A stretch of 64,000 bases of DNA from Syntrophaceae bacterium (GTDB lineage Bacteria; Desulfobacterota; Desulfomonilia; UBA1062), in contig JBDKSM010000035.1 in the NCBI GenBank assembly GCA_039680665.1, forward strand, positions 337-64,336, given 5' to 3'. A model generated the notes under the pieces. It saw only the letters and a list, made by a program, of their open reading frames with translations, was not told where the DNA came from and did not search any database. Shown piece after piece: positions 18,217 to 26,519 of this stretch. Numbering within the stretch: position 1 is the stretch's first letter; each line of letters opens with the position of its first letter. The position numbers and the translations under genes were made by a program.

Positions 18217-20490
18217 CTATTTGAGCACGAAGGTCCGGCTGGCGCCCTCGAAGGCATGCAGCGTGTGGTCTTGGGTTTTGTAATCGCCATGGTAACGGAT
18301 GACATAGCGTCCCGGTTCAGCGTCAGAGGTGTTCCATACGATGGTGGCCGTGGAGCTGCGAGAATCACCCCGCTCCCAGATGAATTTGGTGTCCGGGTCC
18401 CAATCGCGGCGCACGATCTGATAGCCGCCGCCGGTTTCCTGCTCGACGGTCAGGAAGGTGTCCATGGAACGGCGGTTGTTGCGGGGGTTCGCCCCCTGGA
18501 AGGTCGCCTTGACCTTATCGCCGATGCTATAGGAGGCAGCTGGCTGGCTGATCACCTGGCCGTACGTTTTCCCGCTCGGCGCCTCATCGTATGGCATCGC
18601 GGTTGAGAAATCGAATTGATCGTTGCGTAAATCGAGCGGAAAAGGACCGGATGCCACAGGCGTACCGGCGAGGATGGCATCGCAGAGCTTGGCGTATTCC
18701 TGCTGGAAGGCTTCCAGCTCGTGCGGGCCGAACATGGTGCCGGCGCCTTCATAGCCCTGCTTCCCATATTCCTCGCCGGTTGCCAGGTAGGAGGCATAGG
18801 TATTGGACAATCCGGCGATCACGGCATGATCGACCTCACGATCCTGAAAACGCGAGAGCAGCGTGTTCTTAACGCGTCGGCCCGCCATGGTGGTAATCTC
18901 GGTGGGCTGGGCCGCGATGACAAGGTTGCCGATCTTGAGCACCTGCACCGGCAGCACCTGGGGCATCAAGGGGATGAATTTGACCAGGTTGAACGTCATC
19001 AGTCCCGTGGGCAGGATCACCGGTTTGACCCCCTGGCACTCGATATAATCCTTGGAAAGGGTGGTGGGCCAGATAAGGCCGATGGCGCCCGGCAAGAGCG
19101 TGGCCAGCAGCGTTTCCTGGATATCGGTGCCGCTGTTCCAGTCAATGGCGCCCACGTCATCTCTGGTTACGCCTTCGCTGAAGAGTGGGTACGGCGTGGG
19201 GTTGTCACAAGGGCTGCCGTAGGAATAGGAGGCCCCCATGCCGGAGGGACAGGTCGAGCAACCGGCCGCGTCAACCGCAAGAGAGCGCATGTCAACGAAC
19301 TTATGGCGGTAATCAACCGAACCGTGCACGGGTTGCATAACGCCCTGATAGAGCTCAAGGGCCTTGCGGTACTGCAGGGTGGCTTCAAGTTTGAGCACGA
19401 GGTTTTCCTCAATATCGGCCTCGCCCTTGGCCTCATCCCAGGGGAAGCCCTGGCGCGCGATCTCGCCTTCAGGGTCGGTGATTCCGTAGGCCTTCAGGGC
19501 TTTCACGGCGTCGGACTGCGAGAACGCATGCGTGGTGAAAGGCACGTTGGGCGTGACATCCCCGGAGTTGCTCTGCGCGAAGGCGGCCACGAACGTGAGG
19601 GGATCGGTATAATCGCCGCCCATATGCTTCTCGAACAAATAGGCGGCATGTCCCTTGCTGTCGCCGCTGATGAGATGATTGGACGGACCGATGCAATCGG
19701 GATGGACGGCGAACCAGTTGAGCATGCCGAGCCCCACTTCCCGGCCCTCGGCATCGTACCCCACGAATTTGAGCACGGTCATGGTGGTGTCGATGTTGCC
19801 GTCATAGGCGGCGCGCTCGGCCGCCGGATTGTTGTCATAGGCAACGGATGAACGGTTCCAGCCTGCAGCGGCAAGGTTGCCTTGGGCGATATAGATCCTG
19901 CCCGGCCTCAGGTTGGCATGGGCACGTTTGATGGAAGCGAAGATGCCGTCCGTCACGGCATCGAAGCTGTCCTGGATGAAACCCAGATTGGGTACGTTGT
20001 AGAGAAAATAATGCGAGAACCCCGCCACGGAAGAGTGGCTGTGGGTAGCGCTTAAGCAGACATTGTCGTTATTGTAATAGGGGCTGAGCTCGGGGTCGGC
20101 GGCCAGCCGACGGGCGATCTCCTGCTTGACGGATTGGCACATGGCCCATGTATCGGCATTCACAAAAACCACCCGTCTGGCAGGGGTTGCGGGATCGGCG
20201 ATGATAAAGCTTCGCGCCCACAGACGCATGGAAATTCCGGCGGTCTTCTGATCTGAAAAGGCGAAACCGCCCATAGTCACTTCCGAGGCCGGCCCGGTGA
20301 TATCATAGATGCCCACACCGATGAGGTAACGATCTCCATTGGCCGCATTGTCGGAGGTGGACCGTGTATCGCTGCTCCTTATCCCTGAATCTTGAGATGT
20401 ATGAGAATCCCCGGATTGGCATCCATTTAAGCCCAGCACCATGATCGCAATCAGCAGTAGTCCGAATCTTCCCGCAAGACCCCGCTTCAT
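18217..20490 (-). CDS. Neutral/alkaline ceramidase family amidohydrolase, predicted lipoprotein (757 aa)
   Basis: Lipobox LGLNGC followed by a Ser/Thr/Asp-rich linker. Full-length collinearity with neutral ceramidases: YLIGVGIYDITGP, SATHSHS, MLNWFAVHP, AAFAQSNSGDV, TFLTVE, IRYHGDYK. Confidence 0.85.
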   Translation of the reverse strand: MKRGLAGRFGLLLIAIMVLGLNGCQSGDSHTSQDSGIRSSDTRSTSDNAANGDRYLIGVGIYDITGPASEVTMGGFAFSDQKTAGISMRLWARSFIIADPATPARRVVFVNADTWAMCQSVKQEIARRLAADPELSPYYNNDNVCLSATHSHSSVAGFSHYFLYNVPNLGFIQDSFDAVTDGIFASIKRAHANLRPGRIYIAQGNLAAAGWNRSSVAYDNNPAAERAAYDGNIDTTMTVLKFVGYDAEGREVGLGMLNWFAVHPDCIGPSNHLISGDSKGHAAYLFEKHMGGDYTDPLTFVAAFAQSNSGDVTPNVPFTTHAFSQSDAVKALKAYGITDPEGEIARQGFPWDEAKGEADIEENLVLKLEATLQYRKALELYQGVMQPVHGSVDYRHKFVDMRSLAVDAAGCSTCPSGMGASYSYGSPCDNPTPYPLFSEGVTRDDVGAIDWNSGTDIQETLLATLLPGAIGLIWPTTLSKDYIECQGVKPVILPTGLMTFNLVKFIPLMPQVLPVQVLKIGNLVIAAQPTEITTMAGRRVKNTLLSRFQDREVDHAVIAGLSNTYASYLATGEEYGKQGYEGAGTMFGPHELEAFQQEYAKLCDAILAGTPVASGPFPLDLRNDQFDFSTAMPYDEAPSGKTYGQVISQPAASYSIGDKVKATFQGANPRNNRRSMDTFLTVEQETGGGYQIVRRDWDPDTKFIWERGDSRSSTATIVWNTSDAEPGRYVIRYHGDYKTQDHTLHAFEGASRTFVLK

Positions 20491-20521
20491 ACCTCCTCCT
20501 TCCCCCTTGCAACTAATGAAC

Positions 20522-21193
20522 CTATGCCATTTTATACCCTGACGGCAGACTCATAAAGCTGAAAACCAAGGTGTTTATCACGATGCTTCCTACCAGGAAT
20601 TCGAAGTCCGGCGGATACGGCCCGATTGGCCGCATGAGCCTGCCGCGAAAGCCTTGACCGTGCCATGTCAGTCCGGCGTCCATAAAATCAAGGTATACGC
20701 CGATCTGGGGGAAAAAGGCCTTGAATGCGGCCTCCTTGGCTGAAAAAAGCCGTACCAGACGCAGCGCATCCTGACCCACCCAGGCGCGTTCCTCATCCAT
20801 GCCGACCACCTGGCTGAACTCTTGATCGAACCGCTCCGGAATGGATTCAAGATCAATGCCGATCCCGGCGGCATGGTCCCGTGAACAAACGGCACAAACA
20901 GCGATCCCGGCCGTATGGGTGATGGAGCCGACATAGCCTTCCGGCCAGAGCGGTTCATACAAAGGACCCTGAAGGATGGGCGGCGGCGGGCTGAAACCGA
21001 GTTGCTTGAGGGCGGCATGCGCGGCGGCGCGACCGAGCACGAACTCGTCCCGGCGTTTGAGCGCCATGCGTGGACTTAAGAGCCGTGCCTCAGCAGGATC
21101 GAGGGAAAATCCCGCCGCTCCGTGCTTGGTCCTAACGGCAAAACCCACATACCCCTGGAATGGCGATCTGATCATGGCCGTCGGGAGCGACAA
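20522..21193 (-). CDS. Sfp/EntD-type 4'-phosphopantetheinyl transferase
   Basis: Motifs GIGIDLE and FSAKEAAFKA; 37 nt downstream of the NRPS stop, on the same strand. Confidence 0.8.
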   Translation of the reverse strand: MSLPTAMIRSPFQGYVGFAVRTKHGAAGFSLDPAEARLLSPRMALKRRDEFVLGRAAAHAALKQLGFSPPPPILQGPLYEPLWPEGYVGSITHTAGIAVCAVCSRDHAAGIGIDLESIPERFDQEFSQVVGMDEERAWVGQDALRLVRLFSAKEAAFKAFFPQIGVYLDFMDAGLTWHGQGFRGRLMRPIGPYPPDFEFLVGSIVINTLVFSFMSLPSGYKMA

Positions 21194-21230
21194 CTAAACG
21201 GGCAGATCGCCGCGAACTTCACCAGATTTC

Positions 21231-24200
21231 TCATGCCTCCATGGTCATCCGCGGCGTCGCTGACTGTCTCAGGCCGGAAACTTTGCCCGCTTCGGCGGCA
21301 TCAGAGCGCCACGCCTCTTCAAGGGCCTTGTCCGCAACTCCGGTTTCTCCCTCTCCCAGATAGCAGGCAAACGCATCGATCGTCATATATTTGTAGATCA
21401 TCATCAGGGGTATATCGCGCACAAGCTCCTGTTTCAAGCGGTTCTTGAGCATGATGACCTTGAGTGAATCACCACCCAGATCGAAGAAATTATCATGGAT
21501 GCCCACCCGCTCAAGGCCGAGTACTTCCGCCCACAGACGTGCGATTACTGTCTGGAGCTCGTTCTGCGGGGCCGTATACTCACCCGTGGCGGCGTCCGTG
21601 ATCTTGTAGGCATTCAGGACCTGCCGGTCGAGCTTGCCGTTGGTTGTGAGCGGCAACCGCTCCAGAAAGACGAAGTGCTTGGGGATCATATATTCCGGCA
21701 GGTAGCCCTGGAGGAATTCCGTGAGGATGCTTTTCAGGTTTACGTCTGCGGCGCCGCGGCCCTCTACGGTAGTGTCGTTATCTTCCGCGCGGCACACGAC
21801 ACAAGCGAGCAGGTGTTTGCCGGAGCCGCGCTCGTCTGAGGCGGCGATTACCGCCGCCTCGGCCACGGTGGGGTTCTTGAGCAGGGCGGCCTCGATCTCT
21901 CCCAGCTCAATGCGATGCCCATGGATCTTGACCTGGAAGTCCTCGCGGCCTAAAAACTCGATATTCCCATCCGGCAGCCACCGGCCGAGATCTCCGGTTT
22001 TATAGAGGCGTTCCCCGCTCTCGGGGTGGACTATGAAGCGTTGGCCGGTCTTGTCCGGATCATTCCAGTACCCCAGCGCCAGACCGATGCCGCCGATATG
22101 GAGTTCCCCGGCCACCCAGAGCGGACATGGATTGAGGTTCGCGTCCAGAACGTAGAAACGTTGATTCGCCATCGGCTTGCCGTACGGTATGCTGACCCAT
22201 TCTTTCTGCACCTCGGTAACGGGAAACAGGATGGACCAGATCGAGGCTTCGGTGGCGCCCCCTAAGCTGATGATTTCGGCTCCGGCATTCTGCGCGCGGA
22301 TACGCGCCGGCAGGCTTACCGGGATCCAGTCGCCGCTCAGCATGACCAGCCGCAAACAATCCGGTATGGCCTGAGGCGTCTGCTCGGCATAATCGACCAG
22401 CAGTTGCATCAAGGCCGGCACCGTGTTCCAGAGGGTGACCGAGTGGCGTAAGAGCAGGTCCGACCAGTGGGCGGGGTCCTGCCTGTCCTGGGCATCGGGG
22501 ATGACTACGGCCCCGCCGGCGGCCAGCAGGCCGAAGACATCGTAGACCGACAGATCGAAATTCAAGTTGGATAGCGCCAGAGTGCGATCTTCAGGTCCCA
22601 CCCCGAAGCGCTGGTTGATATCCCGGATGGTGTTGACCGCTCCTTGATGATCAATCATGACCCCCTTGGGACTGCCGGTCGAACCGGAGGTGAAAATAAC
22701 GTAGGCCAGATCGGTCGCCTGCTGGACCGAAGCGGGAGACAAATCATCCACGGCGGGCAGATCGTTCCGGTCGACGCACAGACACGTCCATTCGGTCAGC
22801 CAGGTCAGCTGCGCGTGGATACGGGTCTGGGTCAGGACAACCTTGACCCTGGTCTCTTCCAGCAGGTAGCGCAGGCGCTCCCGCGGTAAGCCGGGATCGA
22901 GCGGTACGTAAGCCGCGCCGGAGAAGAGCACCCCCATCACGCCCACGATCTGCTCCCACCCCTTTTCCATGAGCACCGCGACACAGGTGTTGGGCTCGGC
23001 GCCATGTACGCGCAAGTAGTGCCCGAGACGCATGGCCCTGTTCAACAATTCGCCGTAGCTTAAGCTGCGCCCGGGGGTGATCACGGCCGGCGCCTCCGGA
23101 TGCTGCAAAGCCTGCTCCAGGAACAGGGTGTGCAGCAGGTTGCTGGAAAAAGGCGCACGGGTTGCATTGACCTCATCATATAGGGCCTGATGCTCAACGG
23201 GTATGGCCGGGCAGCGGCACTGGTCCCAGCAGACTTCAGGAGAAGCAAGCACTTCCAGGTAGCGGTGATAGGACGCGAACATATCCTGAGCTACGCCCGA
23301 CTCAAAGACCTCATCTATACTGTCCCAGGTGAAGACCAGGTGTCCATCCAGCTCGCATGCCCGGTGATTAAGCCAGATCTGCGGCGCATCCGAGAGCTTG
23401 TCCGGCAACGAACCACCAGACCGCTCAGACACATCCTCCAAATCCGCGTACAGCATAACGGGGATTGGGGGAACGGGGCTTAACCCACTGATACGACCGA
23501 AGCCCGGAAGGGTCTGAAGCTCGTCCAAGAACCGCTCGTCAAGTTTAGTCTTGAGCTCTTCGGAGAGCAGCTGGGTGCACAGCGCAAAATCGTTGGCCGC
23601 CAGAGCATCCACCGGCAGGAGGGTCGTCACGCTGACGGGCTGGCCTGACGGTGCATCAGGGCCTTCGGCCGAAAGGCCTGGTCTCTGGCTCACACTCATG
23701 CCGATGGTGAAGCGCGGGGTCTTGCTCCAACGGGCCAGAACGCCGGAAAAGGCGCTGGCGATAACGGCTGTGGGAGTGACTCCCAGGCTGCATGCCCGGT
23801 CCTTAATCAATTGCCACTTTTCTGCATCCAGGCGCGCACTGCGGCGGGTCACCCGCGGCGGGGTTGCCGCAGAGGGGTTGGCGACCAAGGGCAGATCGGG
23901 GACGGGCGGCATGTTGGGCAGGCGTTCCTGCCAGAATGTCGAGGGCTCCGAAGGCGGCTTCGCTGGGCCGGCCTGGAGAGACTTCGCATCTTCAGGCGCC
24001 AAGGCCCGGCCGATATCCGCCAGCAAACGCTCAAAACGTCCTGTGTTGCCGAGTTGACGAGACACCGCGATGGTTAATTCTTCGCAGCCCTGACAACCGG
24101 CCAGCGCGACAAAAACCGCCGCCCGATCCAGGGGGGGGGGGACGAAGAAACAGGTCTCGGCACGGAAACTGTCGGCGCAAAAGGCTTGTGTATCGATATG

Positions 24201-25175
24201 ACCCAGATTGGAAATCATGGCGGAAGCATTATACCGGCCCCGCCGATAATTCAGTTTCGAAAGCATGGTAAACCCAAGACCGAGGAGCTTGAGCGGCGTC
24301 ACTTCAATGAATTCCGTACCGACATACGGCATGCAATCCGTCTTATTGTCGAGCTGTTTGAGAATATCATGGGTTATGGATTCAGGGCTCGATGCCTGCG
24401 TGATATCTACATACAGGGCGGTCGTCAGATTGCTGGTACACCGCAGGCCCGGTTGGTGAGATCGCAAGTCCACTGGCACGATCAAGCGCACCAGTCCATC
24501 ACCGTTTCTCCATGCGGATTGCGCCAACGCCCATCCTACCTTGCCTAATAAGACGGGCAGCGCACCCTTAAACGTCAGGCGGCGCCACATGATACCGTCC
24601 TGACCATCGGGCCGGGACATACCCGTGGGGGCGATGGCACGGTCGGCGTAGACATCACGGGTCTGCTGCGTGATGCTGTTCATGATCTGTTTGTCGGTGA
24701 TGGCCCATTGCGTGCCCAGGAACGGAGCGCCCTGCATGATCCGGAAAACATCTTCGGCCCAGGTTATCACCCCGCGGCCATCCATCACGCCATGGCTGGC
24801 CCGGAAAATAATGCGCGGCGTAGACCCCTCAACCCACAGCACTTCGCAGGTAGGTCCGCTATGGGGCAATCGGTCATGCAGGAAGGGCGCATTTTCAGGG
24901 CCGTACCCGTCCCATGCCTCTCCGGAGACGACCCTGACGCAAGGCGCCCGACCGGAATCCACCCAGCGCGAACCCCGCAGAGACCCTTTCAATACTAAGC
25001 GCGTCCCCGGATTAAGCTCGGAAGCCTTTCCTACCGCCGCGGCCAGGTGACCCACATCCAGGCTACCGCGGCCTTCCAAGACCATTTGGACGACAAAAGG
25101 CGAGGAGGCGCTGTCGATGCTCAGCCAGGACCGTTCAATATACGAAAGAGGTCGATGCAAATTGTTCCTAGTCAT
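21231..25175 (-). CDS. Single-module NRPS-like protein (~1314 aa): condensation-like domain (aa 1-400, active-site variant SHGVMDG), partial second condensation-like region (aa ~415-660), adenylation domain, peptidyl-carrier domain; no TE/R domain
   Basis: Start trimmed to MTRNNLHRPLSYIERSWL (ATG 25173-25175 with RBS GGAGGA). A-domain cores LSYGELL (A1), GAAYVPLDP (A2), LAYVIFTSGSTGSPKG (A3), NFDLSVYDVF (A4), GELHIGGIGLALGYW (A6), YKTGDL (A7), GREDFQVKIHGHRIELGEIE (A8), NGKLDR (A10). PCP motif FFDLGGDSLKVIML. Confidence 0.9.
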   Translation of the reverse strand: MTRNNLHRPLSYIERSWLSIDSASSPFVVQMVLEGRGSLDVGHLAAAVGKASELNPGTRLVLKGSLRGSRWVDSGRAPCVRVVSGEAWDGYGPENAPFLHDRLPHSGPTCEVLWVEGSTPRIIFRASHGVMDGRGVITWAEDVFRIMQGAPFLGTQWAITDKQIMNSITQQTRDVYADRAIAPTGMSRPDGQDGIMWRRLTFKGALPVLLGKVGWALAQSAWRNGDGLVRLIVPVDLRSHQPGLRCTSNLTTALYVDITQASSPESITHDILKQLDNKTDCMPYVGTEFIEVTPLKLLGLGFTMLSKLNYRRGRYNASAMISNLGHIDTQAFCADSFRAETCFFVPPPLDRAAVFVALAGCQGCEELTIAVSRQLGNTGRFERLLADIGRALAPEDAKSLQAGPAKPPSEPSTFWQERLPNMPPVPDLPLVANPSAATPPRVTRRSARLDAEKWQLIKDRACSLGVTPTAVIASAFSGVLARWSKTPRFTIGMSVSQRPGLSAEGPDAPSGQPVSVTTLLPVDALAANDFALCTQLLSEELKTKLDERFLDELQTLPGFGRISGLSPVPPIPVMLYADLEDVSERSGGSLPDKLSDAPQIWLNHRACELDGHLVFTWDSIDEVFESGVAQDMFASYHRYLEVLASPEVCWDQCRCPAIPVEHQALYDEVNATRAPFSSNLLHTLFLEQALQHPEAPAVITPGRSLSYGELLNRAMRLGHYLRVHGAEPNTCVAVLMEKGWEQIVGVMGVLFSGAAYVPLDPGLPRERLRYLLEETRVKVVLTQTRIHAQLTWLTEWTCLCVDRNDLPAVDDLSPASVQQATDLAYVIFTSGSTGSPKGVMIDHQGAVNTIRDINQRFGVGPEDRTLALSNLNFDLSVYDVFGLLAAGGAVVIPDAQDRQDPAHWSDLLLRHSVTLWNTVPALMQLLVDYAEQTPQAIPDCLRLVMLSGDWIPVSLPARIRAQNAGAEIISLGGATEASIWSILFPVTEVQKEWVSIPYGKPMANQRFYVLDANLNPCPLWVAGELHIGGIGLALGYWNDPDKTGQRFIVHPESGERLYKTGDLGRWLPDGNIEFLGREDFQVKIHGHRIELGEIEAALLKNPTVAEAAVIAASDERGSGKHLLACVVCRAEDNDTTVEGRGAADVNLKSILTEFLQGYLPEYMIPKHFVFLERLPLTTNGKLDRQVLNAYKITDAATGEYTAPQNELQTVIARLWAEVLGLERVGIHDNFFDLGGDSLKVIMLKNRLKQELVRDIPLMMIYKYMTIDAFACYLGEGETGVADKALEEAWRSDAAEAGKVSGLRQSATPRMTMEA
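24131..24141. repeat. G11 (C11 on coding strand) homopolymer inside the NRPS CDS, encoding PPP in ...FFVPPPLDR...
   Basis: Direct count: gcccgatcca + 11 G + acgaag. Confidence 0.9.
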
Positions 25176-25506
25176 ATGTTCCTCCATACTGTCGGATCTC
25201 CTCAGGTGCTGATGGCAAGCATGTCACAAGCTCCTTGCCGATCGCCCGTGGCGGAAATAAATTTCATTTACATGAAAACTATTTCCCATCCACCATTCTA
25301 CGCCACTACGCCAAAACACCTCCAGTCCTCTGTTTGCGCCCGCAATTCGATCGCAACGCGACCGCGATGCTCATTTATGCTTGTTTTTCTGCAACACGCA
25401 TGCCATCTAACGAACCCTACCTACCGGTCATTTATCAGCCGCACTTCTTCCCAAGGCGCCATGATAACCTTGACCGGCGCTCGATTTTCACGTAGTCAAA
25501 GGCCTC

Positions 25507-26508
25507 ATGGACCTGATACCCTTTCCACGGATGGGCTCCATCCACACCCTTACCCTGCCTTTGCCGGGGTTTGCCGATTTGATCTGCTCCAATGTCTTCA
25601 TGCTGGGCAACGGTCCGCTCACCCTCATCGATACCGGACCGAAGTTCCCCGGATCATTTGAAAGCCTTGAGCGGCAGCTTAAGAGCATTGGTTTTGCATG
25701 GCGTGACGTGGAGCGTATCCTGATCACGCATGGCCATATCGATCATTTCGGACTGGTCGCCACAATCAGACAGGCCGCCGGCCATAACATCCCCTGCTAT
25801 ATCCATACGGATGACAGATGGCGGCTTTCGCGCGGCTTTATCGAGCAGGACATGTGGAGCGAGGAAGCGGAAAAATTCAGCGCCTTTGCCGGGATACCGG
25901 CGCCTACGGTCGAGCAGATGAAGCGGCGCTCAGGTTTCTTCAAAGTCCTCTGCGATCCGGTCGATGACGCGCTGCCCATGCAGGATGGCGATGTCTTCCG
26001 GGGCTCGGACTTTGAGCTCAAGCTTATCCATACCCCCGGCCATTCACCGGGCAGCTGCTGCCTGTTCGAGCAAAAGACCAGCGTGCTTTTCAGCGGCGAT
26101 ACCCTCATCAAGCATATCACCCCCAATCCCTTCCATGAGACCAATCGCTCACGCCTGAGTGATCCAACGTATAAGAGCTTGAAGGCTTTCCGACGCTCGC
26201 TCCATATACTCGAACAGCTCCCGGTCAGCGCCACCTTCCCTGCCCATGGCGAGTACGTCCCCGACCTAAAGGCACTCATTGAAGGCTATCGCTCCCACCA
26301 TAACCAACGCAGCGCGCAGATCCGCCAGGATCTCATGGGCTCTCCGCTCACCTTGCATGAGCTCGTGCGAAAGGTATTCCCAAATATCAAGGACGCCGAA
26401 GTTTTTCTGGGCGTTTCCGAGGTCTTCGTTCACCTGGAACTGTTGCTCGAAGGGGGTCAAGCTATCCTGGTTGATGTTGGTCCGCCGGCGGTTTTCCAGG
26501 CCGTCTAA
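25507..26508 (+). CDS. MBL-fold metallo-hydrolase (glyoxalase II-like)
   Basis: HxHxDH motif ITHGHIDHFG; divergently transcribed from the NRPS gene across a 330-nt intergenic region. Confidence 0.8.
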   Translation: MDLIPFPRMGSIHTLTLPLPGFADLICSNVFMLGNGPLTLIDTGPKFPGSFESLERQLKSIGFAWRDVERILITHGHIDHFGLVATIRQAAGHNIPCYIHTDDRWRLSRGFIEQDMWSEEAEKFSAFAGIPAPTVEQMKRRSGFFKVLCDPVDDALPMQDGDVFRGSDFELKLIHTPGHSPGSCCLFEQKTSVLFSGDTLIKHITPNPFHETNRSRLSDPTYKSLKAFRRSLHILEQLPVSATFPAHGEYVPDLKALIEGYRSHHNQRSAQIRQDLMGSPLTLHELVRKVFPNIKDAEVFLGVSEVFVHLELLLEGGQAILVDVGPPAVFQAV

Positions 26509-26519
26509 GGCCATGAACG

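Noticed and set aside
25188-25506. Small ORFs (25235..25495 and overlapping ones) in the NRPS/MBL divergent intergenic region
   Set aside because: No RBS and no motifs; the region is better explained as a bidirectional promoter.
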